Assembly: GCA_963555995.3 (NCBI GenBank)
Contig: OY821641.1
Location: 768,001 to 832,000, forward strand
Direction of reading: 5' to 3'
DNA: 64,000 nucleotides
Source of the DNA: Vicinamibacteria bacterium
Lineage (GTDB): Bacteria > Acidobacteriota > Vicinamibacteria > Marinacidobacterales > Marinacidobacteraceae
Under the pieces are notes generated by a model. That model made no database searches and had not been told where the DNA came from. It saw only the letters and a program-made list of their open reading frames with translations. The number at the start of each line of letters is the position of its first letter. The first letter of the stretch is position 1. The translations under genes were made by a program, and so were the position numbers. Of this stretch, positions 53,334-63,331 are shown one piece after another.

Positions 53334-56282
53334 ATGACGCACCGCATCCCTCTTCTGCTGGTCCTGAGTCTCGCGCTCGCCACGGTCCCGGCCGCCGCCC
53401 AGGACGCCGGGGAAACCGTTCCCGTCATGGACGACCTGCCGCTCCGCTCCATCGGACCCGCGGTGATGGCGGGGAGGGTCTCCGACCTCGCGGTCGTGCC
53501 CGGACGCCCCTGGGAGTTCTACGCGGCCACCGCCTCGGGAGGCCTGTTCCGGACCCGGAACAACGGCGCCACCTGGGACTCCATCTTCGACCACTTCACC
53601 ACCACCTCCATCGGCGCGATCGCGCTCTCCCCGTCCGATCCGGCGACCGTCTGGGTGGGCACCGGCGAGCCGGCGAACCGGCAGAGTTCCTCCTTCGGCG
53701 ACGGGGTGTACGTCTCCTTCGACGGTGGGGACACCTTCCGCCACGCCGGCCTCGAGGAGTCCGAGCACATCGGGCGGATCGTCGCCGATCCCGACCGGCC
53801 GCGGCGCGCCTTCGTGGCCGCGGTGGGGCCGCTCTGGCGTTCCGGCGGCCAGCGCGGCGTCTTCCGCACCGAAGACGGCGGCGCGACCTGGGAGCACGTG
53901 CTCGACATCTCCGCCGACACCGGGGTGGTGGACCTCGAGATGGACCCCCGGAATCCGGCCATCCTCTACGCCGGCGCCTACACCCGCCGCCGGACCCCGT
54001 GGGGCTTCAACGGCGGCGGTCCCGAGGGCGGCATCTTCCGGACGACCGACGGCGGCGATACCTGGGAACGTCTCGAGGACGGGCTCCCCGAGGGTCCGCT
54101 CGGCCGGATCGGACTGGAGATCGCCGGCTCCAATCCGTTGAGCGTCTTCGCGCTGGTCGAGCACCGGACGGCCTCGGGTCTCTATCGCTCCCGCGACCGC
54201 GGCGCCTCCTGGGAGCGGATTTCGGACCTGAACCCGCGCCCCATGTACTACTCGCACGTCGAGGTGGACCCCACGGACATCCGGCGGGTCTACGTGCTCG
54301 GCTCGCAGTTCCACGTGTCCGAAGACGAAGGGCGCACCTTCTCGACCAACCGGGACATGACCCCGACCTACGACATCGGGGTCCACGGCGACCACCACGC
54401 GCTCTGGATTGATCCGGAGGCCCCCGAACACCTGCTGCTCGGAAACGACGGCGGCATCTACGAGTCGTGGGACCGGGCGGTGACCTGGCGGAAGATCAAC
54501 AACATCCCGCTCACCCAGTTCTACGCGATCTCGCTGGACCTGGAGACGCCGTACAACATCTACGGCGGGGCGCAGGACACCCACTCCTGGGTGGGCCCCT
54601 CCGCCACCCGCAACCAGGCCGGGATCCTGAACAGCGACTGGCGGCAGACGAACTTCGGTGACGGGATGGACCAGGAAGCGATTCCCCGGGAGCCCGGGAT
54701 CGCTCTCGCGTCCTCCCAGAACGGCAACCCCGTGCGGATCGACACCGCCACCGGAAACCGGACCACGGTCCGCCCCTTCCCCGACGAGGACGAGGACCGC
54801 TACCGCTTCCACTGGCTCTCGCCGATGGCCTCTTCGCACCACACGCCGGGGCGCCTCTACTTCGGCGGCAACCGGCTGTTCCTGTCCGACGATCTCGGCA
54901 GCCAGTGGCGCGCCACCGAGGACCTGACGCTGCGCGAGGACCGGAGCGAGCTTCCCATCCTGGGGGTGCTCCCCGCCGAAGGGATGCTCTCCATGCACGA
55001 CGGGGTGAGCGACTGGGGCACCCTCACCACGCTCGCGGAATCGCCGCTGGTTCCCGGCCTCATCTACGTCGGCTCCGACGACGGGCGGGTGGCCCGTTCC
55101 GACGACGACGGCCACACCTGGGAGTTCCTGGAAGCCAACCTGCCGCTCGAGGCGCTCCGGGCCACGATCAGCCGCGTCACCCCGTCGGCCCACGAGGAGG
55201 ACCGCCTCTACGTGGCGGTGGACCGCCACCACCTCGGCGACTTCGCCCCCTACGTCTTCGTGTCCGAGGACCGGGGCGCCAGCTTCGCCCCGATCGGTGC
55301 GGGACTGCCGCGGGGATGGGTCAACGACATCGTCGAGCACCCCCAGGGCGAGAACCTGTTGGTGGCGGGCACCGAGGTCGGCGCGTTCCTGTCCTTCGAC
55401 CGGGGCGGTTCCTGGGTACGGGTGGGCGGAGGACTCCCCCACGTCCCCGTGGATGACGTCGAGATCCATCCGCGCGAGCGGGACCTCGTGCTCGGCACCC
55501 ACGGGCGCTCCATCTACATCCTGGACGACAGCGCCCCCCTCGCCTGGCGCGATCCGGAAACCGCCACCGCCGAACTCTTCGAACCCCGGCCGGCGTCCGT
55601 CTTCCTGCCCTGGAAGCACGAGAGCTACGAGGGGCAGGCGCGCTACGCGGGGGAGAACCCCCCGGCCGGCGCGCTGCTGACCGTGTTCCGTCCCGAGGGC
55701 GACGGGCCGGCGGAGCGGGCGCTCGAGATCCGGGATCCATCGGGCGAGGTGGTCGCGCGTCGCGCGGTCGAGGCGCGATCCGGCTTCCAGCGGATCGTCT
55801 GGGACCTGCGGGCGGGCGCCGCGCCGGACGAAGCGCGGGGCGCCTGCGCCTCACCTCCTCCCCGGGTTCCCACCGGGACGTACGAGGTTCGCCTGACCGG
55901 CGACGGGGAGACCCCGCCGGTTCCGCTCGAAGTCCGGCTCGACCTTTCGGTCACGGTGAGCGAGGCCGCGTATGACCAGCGCGCCGCCTTCCTCGCGGAG
56001 ATTCACGGCGTGATGCGCGCATCGTGCCGGGCGGCCGCGGCTGCCGGAGATCCGGAGGGTCTGTCCGACGCCGCGCGCGACGCCCTCCGGCAGCTCCGGC
56101 CGGGCGGCGGCTTCCGGAATCCGTCCACGCTGGCCCGTCTCGGCCGGTTGTACGGCGAGTTCACCGGCGACGACGTCCGGCAGGGGACACTGGATGCCCC
56201 CACCATCGTCCATCGCCGGCGGTTCGAGCGCCTGCGCGCCCGGCTGAACGAGGCGATGGAGACGGTTGCGGGAGGTCGCTAG
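53334..56282 (+). CDS. Second VPS10/sortilin-like BNR repeat protein
   Basis: Signal peptide, RSIGPAVMAGRV, Asp-boxes, RPMYY, HGDHHALWI, THGRS. Confidence 0.9.
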   Translation: MTHRIPLLLVLSLALATVPAAAQDAGETVPVMDDLPLRSIGPAVMAGRVSDLAVVPGRPWEFYAATASGGLFRTRNNGATWDSIFDHFTTTSIGAIALSPSDPATVWVGTGEPANRQSSSFGDGVYVSFDGGDTFRHAGLEESEHIGRIVADPDRPRRAFVAAVGPLWRSGGQRGVFRTEDGGATWEHVLDISADTGVVDLEMDPRNPAILYAGAYTRRRTPWGFNGGGPEGGIFRTTDGGDTWERLEDGLPEGPLGRIGLEIAGSNPLSVFALVEHRTASGLYRSRDRGASWERISDLNPRPMYYSHVEVDPTDIRRVYVLGSQFHVSEDEGRTFSTNRDMTPTYDIGVHGDHHALWIDPEAPEHLLLGNDGGIYESWDRAVTWRKINNIPLTQFYAISLDLETPYNIYGGAQDTHSWVGPSATRNQAGILNSDWRQTNFGDGMDQEAIPREPGIALASSQNGNPVRIDTATGNRTTVRPFPDEDEDRYRFHWLSPMASSHHTPGRLYFGGNRLFLSDDLGSQWRATEDLTLREDRSELPILGVLPAEGMLSMHDGVSDWGTLTTLAESPLVPGLIYVGSDDGRVARSDDDGHTWEFLEANLPLEALRATISRVTPSAHEEDRLYVAVDRHHLGDFAPYVFVSEDRGASFAPIGAGLPRGWVNDIVEHPQGENLLVAGTEVGAFLSFDRGGSWVRVGGGLPHVPVDDVEIHPRERDLVLGTHGRSIYILDDSAPLAWRDPETATAELFEPRPASVFLPWKHESYEGQARYAGENPPAGALLTVFRPEGDGPAERALEIRDPSGEVVARRAVEARSGFQRIVWDLRAGAAPDEARGACASPPPRVPTGTYEVRLTGDGETPPVPLEVRLDLSVTVSEAAYDQRAAFLAEIHGVMRASCRAAAAAGDPEGLSDAARDALRQLRPGGGFRNPSTLARLGRLYGEFTGDDVRQGTLDAPTIVHRRRFERLRARLNEAMETVAGGR

Positions 56283-57112
56283 GCATCATCCGTCGGAGTC
56301 CCACCAGCCGGCAGAGCGACGCTGCCATCCGCGCGGGTTCCGCGCTCCCGCGCGGGTGCCGGCTGAAGCCGGCGTTCCAAACCGGCGTCGGCCAGCACCG
56401 CCGCGGTGCGGTGGGGGCGTGCTGCCGCGTCCAGAGCCCGGATGGAGGCGGCGAGGCGGGGCAGGTCTTCGGGGCGGTCCACGTCCCAGTGGCCGGCGAG
56501 TTCGCTGAACCCCAGGCCGGCGCGCCGGGCCGCTTGGGAGGTGGCCTCGCGGACGGCCCCGGTGCCCCACGGAATGCCGGCGAACAGGGATTCGACCGCC
56601 GCCGGCGGGGCCCGGTCGAGCGCGAGGCCGATCAGGACGTAGCCGCCGTCCTCGGCGGGGGCGAGGAGCGCGTCCCGGTCCGCGAGGCCGGAGAACGCGG
56701 CCTCCACCAGCGGCAGCGGGAGCAGGGGAGCGTCGGAGCCGATGATGGCGAGGCGTGCGGCTCCGTCCCGCCGCGCCTCCCGGGCGGCGCGGGCGAGCCG
56801 CTCGCCGAGGTCCCCGGGACCCTGGCTGGTGACGGTCCAGCCCTTCGGGATCTCCAGGGCTCCGGCCGGGAACCGGCCGTCGTGACGGACTTCCAGCGAG
56901 AGCGGCGGGGCTTCTTGGGCGGCGGCGCCCAAGGTGTGATCCAGCCGTTCGAGAAGGTCTTCGGTCATCGCCCGCTGGAGCGATGCCGCCTGGTCCGGCG
57001 TGAGGGGGGGGATGAGCCGGGTCTTGGCGGCGCCGGGAACGGGGATCCGCGTGAAGACGGAGAGGCGGCGCGGAGAGGTGGGACCGGCCGGGATGCCGGG
57101 CGTGTTCGTCAT
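56279..57112 (-). CDS. DUF2064/TIGR04282-like nucleotide-diphospho-sugar transferase fold protein
   Basis: P.PG.AKTRL, QG.GDLGERL, IIGSDAP, PAEDGGYVLIG, IPWGT, DVDRPEDL. Confidence 0.9.
   Translation of the reverse strand: MTNTPGIPAGPTSPRRLSVFTRIPVPGAAKTRLIPPLTPDQAASLQRAMTEDLLERLDHTLGAAAQEAPPLSLEVRHDGRFPAGALEIPKGWTVTSQGPGDLGERLARAAREARRDGAARLAIIGSDAPLLPLPLVEAAFSGLADRDALLAPAEDGGYVLIGLALDRAPPAAVESLFAGIPWGTGAVREATSQAARRAGLGFSELAGHWDVDRPEDLPRLAASIRALDAAARPHRTAAVLADAGLERRLQPAPARERGTRADGSVALPAGGTPTDDA
56356..56378. repeat. REP type B inside the 3' end of the DUF2064 gene
   Basis: GTGCCGGCTGAAGCCGGCGTTCC. Confidence 0.9.
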
Positions 57113-57235
57113 GGCTGGGCGCCTCAAGCCGTACGCGGCGTGGCCGTGGTGGGGTTGCGCCGCCCGCCGCGCACCAGTGGCTGTGGAAATGCAGTCCTGC
57201 GGGTTGGCCAACAGCCGTGATGGCGCTGCCGTCTT

Positions 57236-57391
57236 GGAACGCCGGCTTCAGCCGGCACAGCGGCCCGCAGGGCCGCGGGCGGTGCGTCGCTACCCCGGAT
57301 GCGTTGGCGCGGGCAGGCTGGCCATCCGGGCGGATGGGGTCCGTCGCGGCGCCCGCCTTCGGCGGGCTGTGCCGGCTGAAGCCGGCGTTCC
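57236..57391. repeat. REPIN of type B REPs (57236-57258, 57369-57391)
   Basis: Inverted homolog of 41998-42154 including the spacer. Confidence 0.9.
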
Positions 57392-57398
57392 AAGCCGT

Positions 57399-59615
57399 TC
57401 AGTTGCCGACCCGGGCCTCCGCCGCACCCGCGTTCCCCATGTCGTCCTCGACCTTCACCACGACGGATCCGGCGTTCGCCGGGAAATCGTCGAGGCGCGC
57501 GTCGTAGTCCTCGATCGGGGAGTCGGCGATCCCGTCCACGGGCCGCACCACCCGCGCGGGGCCGCCGTCCACGGAGACGGAGGCGCGCCGGATCGGGCTG
57601 CCGGCGTCGCTCGCGCGGAAGCGGATGCCGCCGTCCGCCGTGACCGTGAGGTCCGAAATCACCGGCGGCGTGTTGTCCACCGTGAAGGGCCGGCTGGTGC
57701 GGCTTCCGGTGAGCGTCTCGCCGGAAGGGTTGTCGGGAGAGTCCTCGGCCTCCACACGGAGTTCGTAGCGGCCGTCGGGCATCGTGGAGGTGTCCCAGGC
57801 GACGATGGTCTCCGACAGTCCGGACCGCAGGGGCTGCCACGGCACGTCGCCCTGACGCCGCACCGAGATCCGGTAGCGGAGCCGGTCGTCGTTGGGGTCG
57901 TCCGCCCGGAAGGTGGCGGTACGTACCCCGTGGAGGTAGAGCTGGCGCCCGCTTCCCGCGGGGAGTGCGGAACCCGATTGGCCCCGGCGGGCGGCATCGG
58001 TCATCTCCGGCCGGCGCTCCATCCCCTGGAGGCGGGGCGCCGAGGTGTTCAACATTTCCTCGAACGCGAGTCCGGGGGGGTGGAGGGTGATCCCGGTCAC
58101 CCGGGGGGCCAGGTTCACGGGGAGGTACGCCGCTTCGAGCGACGCCAGCTCCGGAGAGGAACTGCCGTCCGAACGCAGGGTGGCCCGCCACTGCAGGAAG
58201 CGCGCGGCGGGGCTCGCGATGGCGGCGTCCGCCGCGGCGGACACCCAGTCGCTCCAGGTCTCGTCCGGCTCCGCCGAGTTCCCGGTGCGGGTCTCGACGC
58301 CCACCGCGGAACCGGGAGGCGTCCGCACCTCCCAGGAGATGCGTCCGAAACGGGCTGCGCCGCCGGCGTCCAGAACGCGCGAGCGATAGGCGCCCTCGGT
58401 GCGCGGGGAGGCGGAGAGTTCGAGCACCCTCCCCGGATTCGAGGCGCCCAGCAGGGTGACGCCTCCCTCCGAGACCGCCGCGGTGACCGCTTCCGAATCC
58501 ACGCGGAACAGGAGCGTGACCTCGCCGTCGCGCGTGAGGCGGTACACCCGCCCGCGGTCGCCGGTGCCGAGGAGGAGACGTTCGTCGCGGAGCATCGCGA
58601 GGGACAGCGGCCGGTCGCGGCCCGACTCCCAGATCGTCCGGGCCGCCCCGCTCGGCGCGATGCGGTAGAGCGCGCCCATCACGCCGTTCGCCGAGGTGGC
58701 CGCCGGTCCCGGCGACGGGACCGGACCCGCGGCGGCGAGCACCCGGAAGGACGTCGTGGCCACCACTCCCGCACTCACCGGAGAGGGCTCGGAGGGCGGC
58801 GGCGCCGCACCGGCGGCCGCCGCGCGACCCGGGGATGCCGCGACCGCCGCGGCGAAGACCTCACCCGCGGCGTTCAGCGCCAGGGCGCGGATCTCCGCGA
58901 GGGGACTGTCGTAGAGCGCCATCGCCCCCGATTCGCCGGCGATCCGGAAGACGATGCCGGAAGGTTCGGTTCCGAGGTGGATCGTTCCGTCCGGGGCGCG
59001 ATGGAGCGCGGTCACGTTCTCCTCGCTGGTGGTGAAGATGGTCTCCGCGCTTCCCGAAGGTTGCACGCGGATCACGGAGCCGGGCATGCCGGTGGCCACC
59101 AGCAGGCTGCCTCCCGGTTCGGGGACGATCGCCCAGATGTAACGGGCCTCCGGCTGGTGGAAGACCCCGCGCTCCCCTCCGGGCAGGATGCGCTGCACGC
59201 TCCCCCCCGGCGCGGTCGCGAAATAGACGGCGCCGTCGGCGCCCACCGCCACCGCGTGGATTCCGACTTCTCCGGTGTCGGCCAGTACCTCGGAGGCGCC
59301 CTGCCGGACGCGGATCAGGGTTCCCTGGGCGCCTCCGCCCGCGATGACTCCCCCGGAACCGTCGGAAGCCACCGACCAGATGAAGGGCTGCTCGGACTCG
59401 TGGAGGCTCCTGAGGGCCGGCGCCAGCCGGACCTGGCCCTCCGGGCCGATGCTCACGCCGTCGCTCTCTCCGGCGAGGAAGTCTCCCGAGGTCTCGAAGC
59501 GCCAGAAATCCCGGTTCCCGGCGAAGGCCCATCCCGCCGCGGATGCGAGGAGAAGCGCGGCCAGCACGCGGCGGCGTCCCGCTTCCCGGCGCCGGGACCG
59601 GACGCGCACCGTCAC
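57399..59615 (-). CDS. Exported beta-propeller protein with C-terminal Ig/Fn3-like domains
   Basis: Repeated IW.../G.L..AT..G.V.RI blades, FGRISW, TRTGNS..PD.TWSDW, DPNDD.L.Y, WDT..MPDG.Y, VDNTPP; GTGA overlap with the upstream gene. Confidence 0.8.
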   Translation of the reverse strand: MTVRVRSRRREAGRRRVLAALLLASAAGWAFAGNRDFWRFETSGDFLAGESDGVSIGPEGQVRLAPALRSLHESEQPFIWSVASDGSGGVIAGGGAQGTLIRVRQGASEVLADTGEVGIHAVAVGADGAVYFATAPGGSVQRILPGGERGVFHQPEARYIWAIVPEPGGSLLVATGMPGSVIRVQPSGSAETIFTTSEENVTALHRAPDGTIHLGTEPSGIVFRIAGESGAMALYDSPLAEIRALALNAAGEVFAAAVAASPGRAAAAGAAPPPSEPSPVSAGVVATTSFRVLAAAGPVPSPGPAATSANGVMGALYRIAPSGAARTIWESGRDRPLSLAMLRDERLLLGTGDRGRVYRLTRDGEVTLLFRVDSEAVTAAVSEGGVTLLGASNPGRVLELSASPRTEGAYRSRVLDAGGAARFGRISWEVRTPPGSAVGVETRTGNSAEPDETWSDWVSAAADAAIASPAARFLQWRATLRSDGSSSPELASLEAAYLPVNLAPRVTGITLHPPGLAFEEMLNTSAPRLQGMERRPEMTDAARRGQSGSALPAGSGRQLYLHGVRTATFRADDPNDDRLRYRISVRRQGDVPWQPLRSGLSETIVAWDTSTMPDGRYELRVEAEDSPDNPSGETLTGSRTSRPFTVDNTPPVISDLTVTADGGIRFRASDAGSPIRRASVSVDGGPARVVRPVDGIADSPIEDYDARLDDFPANAGSVVVKVEDDMGNAGAAEARVGN

Positions 59616-61426
59616 CTGGCCTCCACCTGCAGGGTCAGTTGCCGCGACCCGCTCACCGTGGCGTCGAAGTCGAGGTGCCCTTCCCAGAGGACCGACGCCG
59701 GCAGCTCCCGGGTCAACCCGCCGGAGGAGTCCCGCGAGACCACCGAGCGTACGCTCGGCGGCAGCGACGGCAGGTACTCGCCGCCCACCACCGCCGCGCT
59801 GCGGCCCGATCCCACGAGCCGCACGTAGAGGCGGCTCTGCCGGCGGTGGCGGCTGATGGCCCGGTAGATCTGTTCCACGCGGGCCGGAGTGCCGGTGACG
59901 CCCTGGCGCTGGTCGGAGAGCGCCACCGAGAGGGCGTCCGCCACCAGCAGCGTCAGGCGGCTCCCCGCGGCGCTCCGGGGTATCGGCACCTCCAGTTCCC
60001 GGGTCGCCTCCGCTCCCCGGAAATCCCTGAGCGCGACCCGGAGGGTGGCCGTCCCTCCCGGGCGGACCCGCGAAGAGCGGAGCCAGGCGCGGCTGAGGGT
60101 GGCCGCCTGCGCCTCCTCGCTCGCGGAGATGTCCACCTCGATGTCCCGCACCGGGATCCGTTCCACGGGGTTGCCGAGCAGCAGGGCCACGGGGGCCGCC
60201 ACCAGCGCGGCGGCACCCGTCAGGACGCCGGCGGCTCCGGAGGCGAAGACGTCCTCGACCGCGAGCGTGCGCCCGTCCCCGACACCGATGCGGGCGCCGA
60301 GCCGGATGGTCTGCGTCCCCAGGGGCCGCTCTTCCTGGGAAAGGACGGCCACCAGGGCGGAGAACGCCAGCGCGGGGCTGTAGAGGTCGTGATCCACGAT
60401 CTCGAGGTCGTAGTCGCGGCGGCCGCCGCGGCTCCCCTCGACCCGGATCCGCAGCGGGATGGTGCGGGCGCGGGCGCCCAGGCGGCCCCGGACTCCGGTG
60501 GCCCGGTCCTGTTGCCACACGCCGATCGGCTCCCCGGCGCTCGTGATGCGGAACGAGTTGGAGAGCGAAGCCACGTTGGCTTCCACCCGCGCCGCCTGCA
60601 TCGGGATGGAGATGGTGCCGAGACCGGTGAAGGGATGGCCGAAGGCGAACACCTCGCCGGTGGCCTCGTCCACGTGGGTGACGGTGCCGCTCGCCATCAG
60701 CACCAGGTCGCCCCCGATGAGGGTGGCGCCCACCGGGCTGCCGGGTTCCAGCGGGGAAGCCCCCGTCTGCGGCGCCCTGCCGGACATCGCCGCTCCGGTG
60801 AAGCCCCCGGGCGACAGCTCCATCCCGAGCTGACGGAAGAGGGGGGCCACGATCCGGTGTGCGGCAGGGCTCAGGCCGCTGGCGGCGACCGGCGTCCGGA
60901 TGGGGAGCAACTGCCGGCCGTCGCGCTCGATGCCGACCTCCGGGACCGGCGCCGGGTCGAAGGACGGCTCCCCGGCGGGCGAGAACCGGAGCGCCGGTGC
61001 CGCCGCGGCGCCCGGCCCGGCTCCCGCGCCCAGCGGCATCTCGGTGAACCGGACCATTTCCTCGAACGGCGTGATGCCGCAGATGGGATCCCGGGCGAAG
61101 GGGAAGGCGTACGCCACCGCGCCGAGGAGCCGTCCGTCCACGTAGACCGGGCTGCCGCTCATCCCCTGCATGACGCCGGTGTGGGCGAGGGGGCCGCCGG
61201 AGAGGTTGGCGAGCACGATGCTGCGGCCCGGCATCGCGCCGTCCAGCACCCCGACGATCTCCACCCCGAAGCTCTCGACTTCCTCGCCGGCGAAGACGGT
61301 GCGGCCCTCGCCGACCATTCCCGGCCGCACTTCGTCGAGCGGCAGGATCGGGGTCTGGGCGGCGGCCGGGAGTGCGCCGCCCGCCAACGCGGCGAGCAGG
61401 CGCCCAATCGCAAGGTGGGTTCTCAA
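59612..61426 (-). CDS. SpoIVB peptidase S55 domain protein
   Basis: V.PGM.G.GRTVF.G, GVMQGMSGSPVYVDGRLLGAVA, GITP, FAFGHPF. Start uncertain (TTG 61426). Confidence 0.9.
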   Translation of the reverse strand: MRTHLAIGRLLAALAGGALPAAAQTPILPLDEVRPGMVGEGRTVFAGEEVESFGVEIVGVLDGAMPGRSIVLANLSGGPLAHTGVMQGMSGSPVYVDGRLLGAVAYAFPFARDPICGITPFEEMVRFTEMPLGAGAGPGAAAAPALRFSPAGEPSFDPAPVPEVGIERDGRQLLPIRTPVAASGLSPAAHRIVAPLFRQLGMELSPGGFTGAAMSGRAPQTGASPLEPGSPVGATLIGGDLVLMASGTVTHVDEATGEVFAFGHPFTGLGTISIPMQAARVEANVASLSNSFRITSAGEPIGVWQQDRATGVRGRLGARARTIPLRIRVEGSRGGRRDYDLEIVDHDLYSPALAFSALVAVLSQEERPLGTQTIRLGARIGVGDGRTLAVEDVFASGAAGVLTGAAALVAAPVALLLGNPVERIPVRDIEVDISASEEAQAATLSRAWLRSSRVRPGGTATLRVALRDFRGAEATRELEVPIPRSAAGSRLTLLVADALSVALSDQRQGVTGTPARVEQIYRAISRHRRQSRLYVRLVGSGRSAAVVGGEYLPSLPPSVRSVVSRDSSGGLTRELPASVLWEGHLDFDATVSGSRQLTLQVEAR

Positions 61427-61622
61427 GGCGAGATCTCGGAAGGGCGGAATGCTACCGCCGCATCCCATCCCGCTCGCGCGGCGGAGTGCGGACGCCCCGC
61501 GGGGAAGACGTGGGGAATCGCCTCTAGCCGGCGCCGGTCACGCTCGACCGGCGCTCCGCCCCTGTGCGGAGGGGCCGCGAGAGTGGCCGGCGAAGCGCCG
61601 GGCGCCGGCCTGCGGCCAGCGC

Positions 61623-61647
61623 GTGCCGGCCTGGAGGCCGGCGTTCC
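61623..61647. repeat. REP type C variant
   Basis: GTGCCGGCCTGGAGGCCGGCGTTCC, a compensatory T-A to C-G change in the stem. Confidence 0.85.
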
Positions 61648-61670
61648 CGAGGAGCCTGCGGCGCAGGCTC

Positions 61671-62174
61671 CTAAGGCGCTTCCCCGGCGACCGACAGCGG
61701 GCGCGCGACCCGGTAGCAGCGATCCATCCACTCGTCGTACCGGGCGCTCATGCCCGCGCCGTCAAGCGCATTCTCGTAGCCCCGCTCCGGGTTGAGCAGG
61801 AAGCTGAACGCGCGGTAGTGCTCGTCACAGGTGTCGGCCAGGTACTGGGATTCGGCCCCGGCGAGCCGGCCCCGGACGCGGTCCACGCCGTCCTGGGTGG
61901 TGTCGCCGTCCATCATCGCCACCGACACCAGGACCACCAGGACCTGCATGCACTCCTGGTAGGCCACCAGTTCGACCGACTGGCGGAGCTGGTCCCGATA
62001 CTGGATGGGGATCTGCTGCCCCGCGGTGTTGGCGAGTACCGTGCAGGTGGCGCGCAGCGGGAGTTCGCCGCCGGGAAGGTCCGTTGGATGCGCCTGCTGG
62101 TCCTGTGGGAGCATCGTCTGGATCGTCGTACAGCCGAGTCCGGCCGACAGGAAGAGGGAGAGGGTGAGTCTCAG
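61671..62174 (-). CDS. Hypothetical lipoprotein, probable non-canonical start
   Basis: RLTLSLFLSAGLG-C lipobox and four further Cys; GAAGGAG RBS at 62190-62184. The track's ATG at 62210 is the alternative start. Confidence 0.7.
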   Translation of the reverse strand: MRLTLSLFLSAGLGCTTIQTMLPQDQQAHPTDLPGGELPLRATCTVLANTAGQQIPIQYRDQLRQSVELVAYQECMQVLVVLVSVAMMDGDTTQDGVDRVRGRLAGAESQYLADTCDEHYRAFSFLLNPERGYENALDGAGMSARYDEWMDRCYRVARPLSVAGEAP

Positions 62175-62206
62175 GATCCGTTTCTCCTTCCGCAGCGGAG
62201 CCGCAA

Positions 62207-62221
62207 GCATTCGACGTGCCA
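62207..62221 (-). promoter_or_regulatory. Sigma-54 (-24/-12) promoter candidate
   Basis: TGGCACGTCGAATGC = GG-N10-GC, one mismatch from TGGCAC-N5-TTGC. Confidence 0.65.
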
Positions 62222-62279
62222 GCGGGCACCCCGGGTGCCGCGGAGGTCCCGAGTCCTACACTCTCCGCTGTCCCGCGCC

Positions 62280-63329
62280 ATGTCCGACCGCTATTCCCGC
62301 CAGACCCTCTTTGCCGGCATCGGCCCGGAGGGGCAGGAACGCCTGGCGCGCGGCCGCGTGCTCGTGGTGGGGGCGGGGGCGCTCGGCTCCGCCGCGCTGG
62401 ACATGCTCGTGCGGGCCGGCGTCGGGACGGTCCGGTTCGTGGATCGGGACACGGTGGAGACCTCCAACCTGCAGCGGCAGTCGCTGTACGACGAAGAGGA
62501 CGCCCGCGAGGGGATCCCGAAAGCGGAGGGAGCGCGCCGGAGACTGGCGGCGGTGAACCCCGAGGTGGCGCTCGAACCGCGGGCGCTCGATCTCCACGCC
62601 GGGAATGTCCGCGAGGTCATGGCGGGCACCGACCTCGTTCTCGACGCCACCGACAACTTCGAGACCCGGTACCTCATCAACGATGCCGCCGTCGCCACCG
62701 GGACTCCCTGGATCTACGCCGCCTGCGTCGGCAGCTACGGGATGACCCTCACCGTGCTTCCGGGGCGCACCGGATGCCTCCGGTGCGTGGTTCCCGACAT
62801 CCCGCCTCCCGGCGCGTCCCCGACCTGCGACACCGCGGGCGTGATCGCCCCGGCGGTGCAGGCGGTCGCCTCCTACGCGGTCACCGAGGCGCTGAAGCTG
62901 CTGGCCGGGCGGGAGGAGGACCTCGCGACCGGCATCTGGCACCTCGACGTCTGGGAGCGGACGGCCTACCGCATGGACATCGGGGAGCCGGACCCCGACT
63001 GTCCGGCCTGCGGCCGGCGCGAGTTCCCCTTCCTCGAAGGGGACGCGAGCGGAGCGCTGCTGACGCTCTGCGGGAGGAACGCGGTGCAGGTGCGGCCCGC
63101 CGCCCCGCCGGCCCCGAACGGCGCCGGCCCGGAGTTCCTGGAACAGTTGGGCGGCCGCCTCGCCGAACTGCCCGAGGTTCGCGGAACCCTGCGGTTCACG
63201 AGCCACCTCCTGCAGTTCGAGGTCGCCGGCCGCCGCCTGGTGGTCTTCCCGGACGGGAGGACGATCGTGCACGGCAGCGGCGATCAGGCGGAAGCCAGAA
63301 CGCTGGTGTCACGCTACATCGGGAATTGA
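62280..63329 (+). CDS. ThiF/MoeB family adenylyltransferase
   Basis: RYSRQ, GAGALG, SNLQRQ, TDNF, CLRC, TCDTAG, CPAC, LCGRNAVQ. Confidence 0.93.
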   Translation: MSDRYSRQTLFAGIGPEGQERLARGRVLVVGAGALGSAALDMLVRAGVGTVRFVDRDTVETSNLQRQSLYDEEDAREGIPKAEGARRRLAAVNPEVALEPRALDLHAGNVREVMAGTDLVLDATDNFETRYLINDAAVATGTPWIYAACVGSYGMTLTVLPGRTGCLRCVVPDIPPPGASPTCDTAGVIAPAVQAVASYAVTEALKLLAGREEDLATGIWHLDVWERTAYRMDIGEPDPDCPACGRREFPFLEGDASGALLTLCGRNAVQVRPAAPPAPNGAGPEFLEQLGGRLAELPEVRGTLRFTSHLLQFEVAGRRLVVFPDGRTIVHGSGDQAEARTLVSRYIGN

Positions 63330-63331
63330 CC

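Noticed and set aside
57399-60518. 1039-aa ORF as a single protein
   Set aside because: The first ~300 codons overlap the S55 gene out of frame; the credible start is GTG 59615, before a signal peptide.
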